Source: a virus (Duplodnaviria > Caudoviricetes). Taken from it: a stretch of DNA of 55,678 nucleotides. The stretch covers positions 1 to 55,678 of the IMG/VR virus record IMGVR_UViG_3300021085_000038; one strand, written 5' to 3'. Below the pieces are notes generated by a model that saw nothing but the letters and a program-made list of their open reading frames with translations, was not told the DNA's origin and did no database searches. Made by a program: the position numbers and the translations under genes. Positions 17,666 to 26,901 of the stretch are shown in pieces; positions within the stretch are counted from its first letter, which is position 1, and each line of letters opens with the position of its first letter.

Positions 17666-17705
17666 TGGTTGCGGGAGTAGGATTTGAACCTACGACCTTC
17701 AGGTT
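17666..17705 (-). mobile_element. attP core: 3' half of initiator tRNA-Met
   Basis: AACCTGAAGGTCGTAGGTTCAAATCCTACTCCCGCAACCA runs from the base after the anticodon to CCA. No 5' half. AT-rich, IHF-like flanks. Confidence 0.85.
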
Positions 17706-17766
17706 CTGTGTTTATTCAATGATTTCAATAGGTTATAAATTTAAAATGTAACTGTTCCCATAACTC

Positions 17767-17813
17767 TGCCACTTAATAAAGTGGTTGACTTATTCACAAA
17801 CCACTGTAGCCTA
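17767..17813 (+). promoter_or_regulatory. Replication-operon promoter with paired operator abutting the -35
   Basis: TGCCACTTAATAAAGTGG-TTGACT-N17-TAGCCT. Confidence 0.6.
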
Positions 17814-17855
17814 CGGCAAGCCCGTCTGGGGTTGTATATACCAAGAGTTAATTAA

Positions 17856-18626
17856 ATGACTAATTACCGTGATCAAATTGAATATGTTAAATCAATCATA
17901 CTAAGAGAAGGTGATCGGCATACAGCCGATTGCCCTTTCTGTGGCGGTAAGAACAAATTCACATTAGATAAGTTTGATGGGAAATTAATCTGGAACTGTT
18001 ACCGAGCATCCTGCGGTGTTAAAGGTGCATACTCTGGCAAAAGAGATATCAATGCAGCTAAATCCTATCTTCAAGGTAATGCCACCCAGCGCTTCAAAGC
18101 TAAATATAAAGAAATACCAACCTTAACTACACGAGTTACCAACCATGAACCTGCTGTAAGCTACTTGAAGCATGTTAACAGCTATGACGCTTACCTACGA
18201 GGGGATATAAAGATTAAGTACGCTCCTAAAGAAGACCGTGTACTGTTCTATAACTCTGAAGGAACAGGTGCTGTAGGTAGATCCTTACGCCCTGTTAGAG
18301 CCAAGTGGTGGAGCTATGGTGATCTATCAGAAGGTATACATGTAGGTACTGGTAAACATGCTGTGCTTGTAGAAGATGTTGCATCAGCTTGTAGCGTATC
18401 TAACTGTGTCAATATGACCGCAGTAGCGCTACTAGGTACAAACATTACTAAAAGTATAGCTAAAACACTTAATAAGTACGAAAGAATCACATTAGTTCTT
18501 GACAATGACGCATCTCTTAAAGCAATATCCCTAGCAAGAAAACTAAATATGCATTGTAATGTAAGATTTACGAAACTTGATTTAAAATATCTTACTACAC
18601 AAGCAATTGAACATTTAGTTATGTAG
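17856..18626 (+). CDS. DNA primase (Zn finger + TOPRIM)
   Basis: CPFCG..CYRASC; VLVED, LLGT and LDND motifs. Confidence 0.88.
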   Translation: MTNYRDQIEYVKSIILREGDRHTADCPFCGGKNKFTLDKFDGKLIWNCYRASCGVKGAYSGKRDINAAKSYLQGNATQRFKAKYKEIPTLTTRVTNHEPAVSYLKHVNSYDAYLRGDIKIKYAPKEDRVLFYNSEGTGAVGRSLRPVRAKWWSYGDLSEGIHVGTGKHAVLVEDVASACSVSNCVNMTAVALLGTNITKSIAKTLNKYERITLVLDNDASLKAISLARKLNMHCNVRFTKLDLKYLTTQAIEHLVM

Positions 18627-18663
18627 AAAGCAAACGACTATACGTTTTGCAGAGAGGGAAGCA

Positions 18664-18852
18664 ATGGTACAAACAAGTATTTTCTATTGGAATTATATTA
18701 GGAACAAGGTCATAGGTAGACATAATAGAAACCGTATCAGGGAATATTATTATTCTGACAGAGTCCCTGATGCTATTTGTCATTTGCACATACGTCCTGT
18801 CTCGTCGTGGTGCAACACCACACTAGCTCCACCAACTATCCTGTTGAAATAA
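18664..18852 (+). CDS. Possible hypothetical protein
   Basis: 62-aa ORF with GAGGGA RBS; no recognisable motif. Confidence 0.3.
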   Translation: MVQTSIFYWNYIRNKVIGRHNRNRIREYYYSDRVPDAICHLHIRPVSSWCNTTLAPPTILLK

Positions 18853-18927
18853 ATTTTAAATCAAACTACATGCGTACAAATAGGTGCATGTAATAATTTT
18901 ACATAATTATTTTTATAGGAGATCGAC

Positions 18928-19131
18928 ATGAAGTGTCGTGGAATAGTAGTTATAGACTACGATATAGACGGTGGCTTTTTAGAAGCTGCGGAAGAACAAA
19001 AGAAATTAGAAGATGCGATTGCATCTATCGTAAAAGGCAATAAGCGAGTTGTCTTCCATCAGGTGGATATGAAAGAGCGTCGAGGTGAACAATCACCAGA
19101 TATTAAGAACATGAAATTTAGGAACAGCTAA
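18928..19131 (+). CDS. Hypothetical protein
   Basis: 67 aa; AGGAG RBS; followed by a terminator. Confidence 0.75.
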   Translation: MKCRGIVVIDYDIDGGFLEAAEEQKKLEDAIASIVKGNKRVVFHQVDMKERRGEQSPDIKNMKFRNS

Positions 19132-19160
19132 CTTACTGTTCTAAAACAATAAACAAAGAA

Positions 19161-19194
19161 AAATGCCCTGGTCGAAAGATTGGGGCTTTTTTTA
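19161..19194 (+). terminator. Intrinsic terminator
   Basis: GCCCTGGTC-GAAA-GATTGGGGC followed by a T run. Confidence 0.8.
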
Positions 19195-19252
19195 TTTCTA
19201 CTAATGGTTATTACTAGGGGCATAATAAAATGTCACATGGAAGGGCAGAGCA

Positions 19253-20470
19253 GTGGAAATACAATTAATAAAGACGTTACTGAGTAATGACACTTACTTA
19301 AACACAAAGCATAGATTACGCCAATCAATATTCTCAGATGAACTTGCACAGATTTACACTTTACTGGGTAAAGCTCATACTAAATACGAAACAGATATTA
19401 AGCCTGACGATCTGTATTCTCTTTGGTTAACAGAGAACCCTGTAGCAACAACCGCAGAGATAAATGACTTCAGGGATCTTGTTGATCAGTTAAAGTATGC
19501 AGATAAAATCACAGATACTATAGCTACAGATGTAATCGAAAGCTTATGGCGTAGAGAAATCGGTAGAGACATAGCCAACCTCGGTATCAATATGTCCGAA
19601 GGCGATACAACAGCGATGGGCAACCTTATATCCCTGCTTGAGCGTACCAAAGATTCGTACATGCCTGATGATTTCGGTGAGCCAACCACAGATGATATAT
19701 ACGAGCTTTTGGCTGAAACCTCTAATGATAATAGGTGGCAGTTCAACATAGAAACTCTTAGCCGCAATGTGTATGGTATCGGCCCAGCGGAATTTGGAAT
19801 TATCTTTGCACGACCCGAAACAGGTAAGTCTGCATTAGCTGTAAGCTTTTGTGCAGCACCTGGTGGTTTTGCTCAACAAGGCGCAAAGATATTATATCTT
19901 GGTAATGAAGAGAAAACCACACGCACTAAGCTAAGAGCTATCCAAGCTTGTTCTGGTATGACCCGTGAGCAAATAGCAGACAATCCTGATCTAGCCATGA
20001 GCAAATACCTATCGATCCAAGACAGAATAGTCATGAAGGATGTTCAGGAGTGGGATTTAGATACAATCAATGGATACTGTGAAAAGATCAAACCAGATGT
20101 AATAGTAATAGACCAGGCAGATAAAATTAATATCTCTGGCAATTACAATGCTTCTCATGAACGCATTAGAGAGTTGTATCGAAGCTTACGTGAGTTAGCT
20201 AAGAGACATGACTGTGCATTGTTAGGTATCAGCCAAGCAAGTGCTGACGCAGAAGGTCGTACTCGTATAGATTTCTCGATGCTTGAAGGATCAAAGACAG
20301 GTAAAGCAGCCGAAGCTGATCTTATCATTGGTGTAGGTAAGCATAGTGCTGCTGAAGACGATAATCCTGACCACACAAGGTTTATAAACATAAGCAAGAA
20401 TAAGCTAAGTGGTTATCACGGCTGCGTCATTTGCAATATCGAGCCTGAAGTAAGCAGGTACGTGGTATGA
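19253..20470 (+). CDS. Replicative DNA helicase (DnaB/SF4)
   Basis: ARPETGKS, IVIDQAD, ISQA, EADLIIG and KNKL motifs. Confidence 0.9.
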   Translation: MEIQLIKTLLSNDTYLNTKHRLRQSIFSDELAQIYTLLGKAHTKYETDIKPDDLYSLWLTENPVATTAEINDFRDLVDQLKYADKITDTIATDVIESLWRREIGRDIANLGINMSEGDTTAMGNLISLLERTKDSYMPDDFGEPTTDDIYELLAETSNDNRWQFNIETLSRNVYGIGPAEFGIIFARPETGKSALAVSFCAAPGGFAQQGAKILYLGNEEKTTRTKLRAIQACSGMTREQIADNPDLAMSKYLSIQDRIVMKDVQEWDLDTINGYCEKIKPDVIVIDQADKINISGNYNASHERIRELYRSLRELAKRHDCALLGISQASADAEGRTRIDFSMLEGSKTGKAAEADLIIGVGKHSAAEDDNPDHTRFINISKNKLSGYHGCVICNIEPEVSRYVV

Positions 20471-21264
20471 GCAACACTGGAAAAATAATATCCTGGTGGT
20501 CAGCGGGTGTAACATCTGCCGTAGCCTGTAAATTAGCAATTGATGAATTTGGTGACAGAGTAACTCCCATGTACTTTGCTATAGATAGCAGCCACCCAGA
20601 TAATGATAGGTTCAAAAAACAATGTGAAGAATGGTATGGTGTAGATATTGAAGTTCGAAGGTCAGAAAAATACTTAGATCAATATGATGTCATTGAAAAA
20701 ACAAAATATGTTAATGGGCCTTCTGGGGCAAGGTGTACGCTAGAATTAAAGAAAAAAGTAAGAATGCAGGTAGAGAAAGAGTGTTCTTATGATGGTCAGG
20801 TCTTTGGCTTTGAATACTCTAAGAAAGAAATAAACAGAGCATTACGCTTTAAAGAACAGTACCCCTCTGCTAAACCTCTTTTCCCTTTAATTGAAAAGAA
20901 AATTACAAAACCTGAAACTTTATATTTATTAGAACAGGCAGGTATACCTCGTCCTGAAATGTATAATTTAGGATATAAGAATAATAATTGTATTGGTTGT
21001 GTAAAAGGCGGCACGGGATATTGGAATAAAATACGCATAGATTTTCCAGATCATTTCAATCGGATGGCTGAATTAGAACGTAAGATTGGTAGAAGTTGTA
21101 TAAAAAGTGATTTCTTAGACGAATTAGATCCAAATAAAGGACACAAACAAAAGATAGTTATGCCTGATTGTGGTAACTTCTGTGACATTGAATTTTCAGA
21201 ACTAGAACACCCACAACTAGAACTTTTTACTAACTACCCTGAATTATTGAGGGGAGATAAGTAA
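20467..21264 (+). CDS. PAPS reductase-like / adenine nucleotide alpha-hydrolase protein
   Basis: PP-loop variant WSAGVTS; CTLELKK; NNCIGCVKG; C-terminal CGNFC. Confidence 0.7.
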   Translation: MSNTGKIISWWSAGVTSAVACKLAIDEFGDRVTPMYFAIDSSHPDNDRFKKQCEEWYGVDIEVRRSEKYLDQYDVIEKTKYVNGPSGARCTLELKKKVRMQVEKECSYDGQVFGFEYSKKEINRALRFKEQYPSAKPLFPLIEKKITKPETLYLLEQAGIPRPEMYNLGYKNNNCIGCVKGGTGYWNKIRIDFPDHFNRMAELERKIGRSCIKSDFLDELDPNKGHKQKIVMPDCGNFCDIEFSELEHPQLELFTNYPELLRGDK

Positions 21265-21788
21265 TGGGAAAACGATCAAACTTTGAAAGAAATCCAAGAG
21301 ATTATTATAGAACACCTCGTGAGGCTGTATTTCCTATATGGCCTTACCTGCAAGATCACCAGACCTTCTGTGAACCTTGTGCAGGAGATGGTGCATTAAT
21401 CAGATCACTACAAGAGATTGGACTTACCTGTTCAAGTGCGTGGGACATTGAGCCACAATCTAATGGTATTGATATCCAAGATGCCTGTGATCTTAAAGAA
21501 GAGCATTTATACGATGCTGATCTAATCATTACAAACCCACCGTGGGAGCGGAAGCTTCTGCATCCTATGATAGAACGGTTCTCAGACCTCAGACCTACTT
21601 GGCTGCTGTTTGATGCTGATTGGATACACACCAAGCAATCCATTCCATTCATGCCTCGCCTTAGAAAGATCGTAAGCGTTGGTCGTGTGAAATGGTTCGA
21701 CAAAACCGCAGGTAAAGATAACGCATGTTGGTATTTGTTTGACCGCCACGACGAAACTTATGCAACGAGATTCTATGGGAGAACGTAA
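21264..21788 (+). CDS. Amino (N6A/N4C) DNA methyltransferase
   Basis: YYRTP, EPCAGDG and ITNPPW motifs. Confidence 0.8.
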   Translation: MGKRSNFERNPRDYYRTPREAVFPIWPYLQDHQTFCEPCAGDGALIRSLQEIGLTCSSAWDIEPQSNGIDIQDACDLKEEHLYDADLIITNPPWERKLLHPMIERFSDLRPTWLLFDADWIHTKQSIPFMPRLRKIVSVGRVKWFDKTAGKDNACWYLFDRHDETYATRFYGRT

Positions 21789-23926
21789 TGAACATATTAG
21801 TATTGGATTTAGAAACAACCGTTCAGAAGATAGGTGGAAAGACGGACAACAGCCCGTACCATCCTGATAATAAATGTGTGAGTTCTCATACTTCTCGTGT
21901 CGAGCTAGAAGGCATGTCCAAGGTAAAAAACCTGGTCTTTCATCATAATGAAAAAGATGTTTCTGATAGCCCAGCGCCGCTACAAGACGAACTCAATTGG
22001 GCTACACTTTTGGTATGCCAGAACGCTAAGTTTGATGTTACCTGGTTATTAGAAATGGGCTTTGATATCCCTGACCAGGTCTATTGCACTATGATAGGTG
22101 AATACATCCTATCTAAAGGGCAGAAGCGTCCATTGTCGCTAAAGGCAATAGCTGAACGCAGAGATGTTACACGCAAGAAGTCTGATCTTGTAGATGATCT
22201 ATTTAAAAGCGGTACTGGCTTTGAAGCTATGCCACTTGCTACTGTTATAGAATATGCAGAAGCTGACGTTATATCCTGTGGTGAAATCTATCTGGATCAA
22301 CAGGACGAGTATGCAGCTAAAAGCAATAGATCATTAGCAGAGACAGTAAAGCTGATGAATGAAATGCTTTTATTTCTGGTTGAGATTGAAAGAAACGGCA
22401 TAAAGATAGACCTAGATGTACTTGGGGATATTAAGAACCAGTTCCAACAAGAACAACAGGATCTTAACAAACGCTTAGAAGAAATAGTCGAAGAGGTTAT
22501 GGGCGACACGCCTATTAACTTAGCGTCAGGTGCTGATATGACTAAGGTTGTATACAGTCGTGAAGTATTAGATCGCAATAACCATAAACAAGTATGGAAC
22601 ATAGGTGTTGGGCCGACAGGTAAACCATTATATCCACCACGAATGAACAAGAGTGAGTTTAGAAAAGCTGTTAGGGCAACGACTAAAATCATTCAACGTA
22701 CTGATGTTATATGCTGCGATGCTTGCGATGGGCGTGGTCGTATACAAAAGTTTAAGCAAATCACTCGTACAAAGATGGGTAAGAAGTATCGTGTTCAAGG
22801 TGATCCATACAAAAATCTATCTAAATGCCCTGCTTGTGTAGGTGTTGGGGCTTTCTATAACCCTAATGGTATAACAGCAGGTCTAAAGCTTAATCCTGAA
22901 TCACCGTCTGATGCTTCTATAAACGGATTTAAGACTGATAAAGTTACGATAGAAAGACTGATCTCTCAGGCTGAGAGTAAAGGCAACGAGATAGCTGTAG
23001 AGTTCTTAACAAAAAGTAGCAGATTAAACGCTGTTAATGTTTACCTCGATAGTTTTGTTAAAGGGTTTGAAACTTGGACACGATCAGATGGTATATTGCA
23101 CACACAGTTTACTCAATGTGTTACAGCCACGGGTAGGTTATCCAGTACAGCACCCAACATGCAGAATGCTCCGAAGCGTGGTTTTCCTGTACGCAAGGCT
23201 GTTGTAAGTCGATTTGAAAACGGAACAGTTGTTGAAGCAGATTTTAGTTCTATTGAATTTGTTTTGGCAGGAGAATTGAGTAGAGATACCCAGATTATAG
23301 CTGATGTTATCAACGGCAAAGACTTACATAAACAGACCGCATCAATAATACATCAATGTAGTGAAGATAAAGTGACTAAGGATCTTCGCCAGGGGTCTAA
23401 AAAATTCAGTTTTAGCCCCATTTATGGTGGACGTGGGGTAGGAGAAGCTCCTCACGTACAAAACTATTTTAGTGAGTTCTTTAATATCTATCAGGGTTTA
23501 GGTGCTTATCATGAAAGGCTTGCAAAAGGTGTTTTAAAGAATGGCATTGTGCAAACACCTTCAGGTCGTCAGTTCTTTTGGCCTAACGTAAAAAGGTTAA
23601 AAGGTAATCGTACTACTTTCTATACGCAGATAGTTAATTACCCTGTGCAGTCTAGTGCAGCGGATTTAATGCTCCTATCTTGTGTACGTGCTTTCCGTAG
23701 GTTCAAAGAACTAAAACTGAAATCTCTTTTAGTCCTGACTGTACATGATTCCATAGTCTGTGACGTTTATCCTGGTGAATTAGAGCAAGTAAAAGAAGCT
23801 CTTATCTGGGCAATGGTTGGTGTGACTGAAGAAGCTGCCCAGCGCTGGGACTACACTTTCGCCCTACCCTTAGAAATTGAGATTTCTGGTGGAAAAAACT
23901 GGCTGGAACAAAACGAATACACTTGA
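21788..23926 (+). CDS. polA: Family A DNA polymerase with DnaJ-type Zn-finger insertion
   Basis: Exo DLETT / NAKFD / YAEAD; CDACDGRG and CPACVGVG; ADFSSIE, RQGSKKFSF..IYG and VHDS. Confidence 0.95.
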   Translation: MNILVLDLETTVQKIGGKTDNSPYHPDNKCVSSHTSRVELEGMSKVKNLVFHHNEKDVSDSPAPLQDELNWATLLVCQNAKFDVTWLLEMGFDIPDQVYCTMIGEYILSKGQKRPLSLKAIAERRDVTRKKSDLVDDLFKSGTGFEAMPLATVIEYAEADVISCGEIYLDQQDEYAAKSNRSLAETVKLMNEMLLFLVEIERNGIKIDLDVLGDIKNQFQQEQQDLNKRLEEIVEEVMGDTPINLASGADMTKVVYSREVLDRNNHKQVWNIGVGPTGKPLYPPRMNKSEFRKAVRATTKIIQRTDVICCDACDGRGRIQKFKQITRTKMGKKYRVQGDPYKNLSKCPACVGVGAFYNPNGITAGLKLNPESPSDASINGFKTDKVTIERLISQAESKGNEIAVEFLTKSSRLNAVNVYLDSFVKGFETWTRSDGILHTQFTQCVTATGRLSSTAPNMQNAPKRGFPVRKAVVSRFENGTVVEADFSSIEFVLAGELSRDTQIIADVINGKDLHKQTASIIHQCSEDKVTKDLRQGSKKFSFSPIYGGRGVGEAPHVQNYFSEFFNIYQGLGAYHERLAKGVLKNGIVQTPSGRQFFWPNVKRLKGNRTTFYTQIVNYPVQSSAADLMLLSCVRAFRRFKELKLKSLLVLTVHDSIVCDVYPGELEQVKEALIWAMVGVTEEAAQRWDYTFALPLEIEISGGKNWLEQNEYT

Positions 23927-23981
23927 CTTGTGCCACCTAGTAATGCCATAATATAATACCACATAACAAAAAGGTTCTAAC

Positions 23982-24836
23982 ATGAACGAATTAACACAAA
24001 TCGACAGCAGCGAATTAGCAGAATTGGCTGAAATATTAGGAACAGAAGTACCAACAGGAAGCAATAAATCTGCTTTGGTCAGAGTTCCTGAACTAAAAAT
24101 TAATGCGAAGTCTCGTAATAAAATTACCAAGAAAGCCATACCTGAAGGTAGCTTTTACCTTACAGGCACAGACACTCCTGTTTACTCTGAAACAGTTAGC
24201 TTTCGACCATTGGCTTCACACGTCCAGTACTTCCATTGGGATGAAGTAGATGGCAAGCGTAAATTAGTTAACAAATCCCTTGCAGTTAAAAATCCATACA
24301 AAGATGAAGCCAGAGATTTACTTGGTGGAATTGCTTGCGGTATGCCTTCATGGGATGCACGTAAGGAAATGGAATACGATGAAGCCAAGAAGTGGCGGGC
24401 TATGCAACACCGTGTAATTCGTGGCGTTGTCTCCTACACAGGTAAAACTGAAGATGGTGTAGAAGTCACAGTAGAAAATGAACCATGCATCATGTTCCAC
24501 AAGAACAGCAATTATGGCGGCTTCTATAATGAATTTATCAAGAAGTTACCTCAAGGTTCACAGATTTATAATTACGCTGCTGAACTTACTTCATCATACA
24601 ATGAAAATGGCTCAGTAGTCTGGTATACTTTTGGGTACAAGCCTGACCTAAAAAATGAATTAGGTATGACTAAAGACGTACATGATACCATGTTAGTTTT
24701 TGCTGATGCCATCCGTGCTGAAAACAAGTATGTTGATGAACATTACTTTAAGTCAATCAAAGAAGGTTCAATTGATAGCGCAGCTATCGATGCACTCGGC
24801 GATTCATTAGACGCTGACTTTGAAGACGTAGCGTAA
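23982..24836 (+). CDS. Putative single-stranded DNA-binding protein
   Basis: Follows the polymerase; beta-rich with an acidic C-terminus. Confidence 0.55.
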   Translation: MNELTQIDSSELAELAEILGTEVPTGSNKSALVRVPELKINAKSRNKITKKAIPEGSFYLTGTDTPVYSETVSFRPLASHVQYFHWDEVDGKRKLVNKSLAVKNPYKDEARDLLGGIACGMPSWDARKEMEYDEAKKWRAMQHRVIRGVVSYTGKTEDGVEVTVENEPCIMFHKNSNYGGFYNEFIKKLPQGSQIYNYAAELTSSYNENGSVVWYTFGYKPDLKNELGMTKDVHDTMLVFADAIRAENKYVDEHYFKSIKEGSIDSAAIDALGDSLDADFEDVA

Positions 24837-25618
24837 TGGTAGATAGTAACGCTATAATAAAAGACATGAGCAATGACGTGTACCACTCTTCGGGTGGTAT
24901 ATCGTCATCCGCTGTGAAGACGGTATATAAAAAATCCTTAAAGCATTGGAAGGGTCAAAAGATTACCCAATCGGCTGCTTTTGCTATGGGTAATGCTGTT
25001 CATGCACACTTACTAGAGCCAGAACGTAATTTGGTTATCAAAGGCCCGAAAACAAAATCTAGTGCCGCCTTCAAAGACATGAAGGAAAAACTAACTGATG
25101 ATCAGGTTCTGCTAACTGAAGTTGAGTTTAATGTTGCTAATCGTATTGCCCAGGGAGCATTAGAAAACCCTGTATGCGAAGCGGCATTAAAGCATCCAGA
25201 TAGGATTAATGAGTGTAGTATATTCATAAAAGATCCAGTGTCCTCGTTACTTTTAAAGACCCGCCCAGATTTGTTGATTGAGTCTGAGCGCACTGTCTAT
25301 GATGTTAAGACTACACAGGATGCAAGCCCTCGTGGCTTTTCATTTGAATGCAACAAGTATGCGTACCTGATACAGGCGGCTGTGTATGTTTATATCTGTA
25401 ACTTAGTTGGATTAGACGTTAATAAGTTTGCCTTCATAGCCTGTGAAAAGTCTGCCCCATACGTCAGCCATATGCATTTTGTAAGCCCAGAAGCTTTGGA
25501 ATGGGCAACTACAGAGATGCACAAAACACTCGCTGTAATTGCTGAAGCTGAAGACAAGCAAGATTATGGCACTGGGTGGGGTAATGTATCCATACTTGAG
25601 AAACCGAAATGGCTATAA
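24836..25618 (+). CDS. PD-(D/E)XK exonuclease (RecE/DUF3799-like)
   Basis: YH..ISSS, GNAVH..LLEP, KTRPD, DVKTT and Y..QAAVY motifs. Confidence 0.85.
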   Translation: MVDSNAIIKDMSNDVYHSSGGISSSAVKTVYKKSLKHWKGQKITQSAAFAMGNAVHAHLLEPERNLVIKGPKTKSSAAFKDMKEKLTDDQVLLTEVEFNVANRIAQGALENPVCEAALKHPDRINECSIFIKDPVSSLLLKTRPDLLIESERTVYDVKTTQDASPRGFSFECNKYAYLIQAAVYVYICNLVGLDVNKFAFIACEKSAPYVSHMHFVSPEALEWATTEMHKTLAVIAEAEDKQDYGTGWGNVSILEKPKWL

Positions 25619-25965
25619 GCCCACAGTCTGCAAAGGCAAAGGGGCGGCGCTTTCAGCAATGGGTACGTGATCGTCTGTATCAAACATTTCCCACCTTAGA
25701 GGATGGCGATGTGAGATCAACAAGCAGCGGCGCTGGTGGGGAAGATATTTTACTATCGCCATTAGGACGTAGATTATTTCCCTACTCAGTTGAATGCAAA
25801 AACAACAAAGCCAACGCAATTTATAAAGTTATGGATCAAGCCGTCAGTAACTGTCCAAAAGGCATCACACCACTCGGTATGGTCAAGGCTGATAAACGTA
25901 AACCATTAGCGGTGGTAGATGCAGATCACTTCTTCGAGCTAGTAAAGAAAAATAATGAAAAATAA
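25609..25965 (+). CDS. Putative Holliday junction resolvase (PD-(D/E)XK)
   Basis: KAKGRRFQ..V, GGED and SVECK motifs. Confidence 0.7.
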   Translation: MAISPQSAKAKGRRFQQWVRDRLYQTFPTLEDGDVRSTSSGAGGEDILLSPLGRRLFPYSVECKNNKANAIYKVMDQAVSNCPKGITPLGMVKADKRKPLAVVDADHFFELVKKNNEK

Positions 25966-26263
25966 AAGTATACCAGTTGATACTGTAGCTATCTGTGTAT
26001 CGCTTTCTGAAGATGGCAGCACCCTAACACAAGTAATGGATAATTTTAGTAAGAGCTATCCTATCGTTGAAAAAGAATACTTACATCTACTGCTAAAGGG
26101 TTTGGAATTTATCATCCATACAAACCCTGACTTTGCAGCCACTGTAGGCAATCTCACAGAGCTATTAGAGAGCAAACAAGTAGAGTTCGAAGCCGACGAT
26201 GAACTCAAGGATGCAATCTCTGATGCAAAGGTAGTTCCTATCAATAAAAATAGGATGAACTGA
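25955..26263 (+). CDS. Hypothetical protein
   Basis: 102 aa, overlapping both neighbours in the operon. Confidence 0.7.
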   Translation: MKNKSIPVDTVAICVSLSEDGSTLTQVMDNFSKSYPIVEKEYLHLLLKGLEFIIHTNPDFAATVGNLTELLESKQVEFEADDELKDAISDAKVVPINKNRMN

Positions 26264-26559
26264 TGTCTAACTACTTCAAAAAAACTCCATCTGTAGATGA
26301 AGATATTATAGGCACAGTAGACCGTAAGAAGGTGGCTTCTGATGGCCTCTCAACGTCCTATTACAGCCTCCCTAGCCACGCTACGGAGCTTCGTCATCTT
26401 ATATCTCAAAAAAGCATGAGCAAGAGCCGTGGGGATATATTTAAGGCCTGTTACAGGTTGGGAGAAAAGGACGGAACAGACACTCTGTACGACCTGAATA
26501 AAATGAAATTTTTCATACAAGATTTAATCGAAATGCACGAGAGAGGCGAACACTTATGA
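26263..26559 (+). CDS. Hypothetical protein (possibly DUF3310-related)
   Basis: YY..GDIFKACYR..K..DLNK pattern. Confidence 0.55.
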   Translation: MSNYFKKTPSVDEDIIGTVDRKKVASDGLSTSYYSLPSHATELRHLISQKSMSKSRGDIFKACYRLGEKDGTDTLYDLNKMKFFIQDLIEMHERGEHL

Positions 26560-26882
26560 AGATGCAAGACTACCAGGAACAAGCAGGTAAAACTGCAATA
26601 TATAAAAAAGAAGATGCGGTTATATACCCAGTATTAGGACTTCTTTCAGAAGCAGGAGAAGTAGGCGGTAAAGTTAAGAAAATTATACGTGATCAAAATG
26701 GTAACTTTGAAGACGGAAACCGTACAGAAATTGTTGACGAGTTAGGTGACTGCCTTTGGTATATCCAATGCATCTGCACAGACCTTGATATTGGCCTGGA
26801 AGAAGTAGCCAAGCGAAATTTAGCAAAATTAAACAGCCGATTAGAACGTGGGGTTCTAGGCGGTTCGGGCGATAACAGATAA
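26556..26882 (+). CDS. mazG: MazG-like nucleotide pyrophosphohydrolase
   Basis: LGLLSEAGEV..KK..DELGDCLWY..NLAKL..R..GSGDNR. Confidence 0.9.
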   Translation: MKMQDYQEQAGKTAIYKKEDAVIYPVLGLLSEAGEVGGKVKKIIRDQNGNFEDGNRTEIVDELGDCLWYIQCICTDLDIGLEEVAKRNLAKLNSRLERGVLGGSGDNR

Positions 26883-26901
26883 TATAAAAAGGGAGCAGTT
26901 A

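Noticed and set aside
17666-17705. Functional tRNA gene
   Set aside because: Only the 3' half is present, with no D arm or anticodon; better explained as attP.
18627-18927. Structured ncRNA between primase and the 67-aa gene
   Set aside because: A few hairpins are present (ATCAGGGA/TCCCTGAT, TACATGC/GCATGTA), but there is no clear promoter-terminator unit and a possible ORF overlaps; insufficient support.
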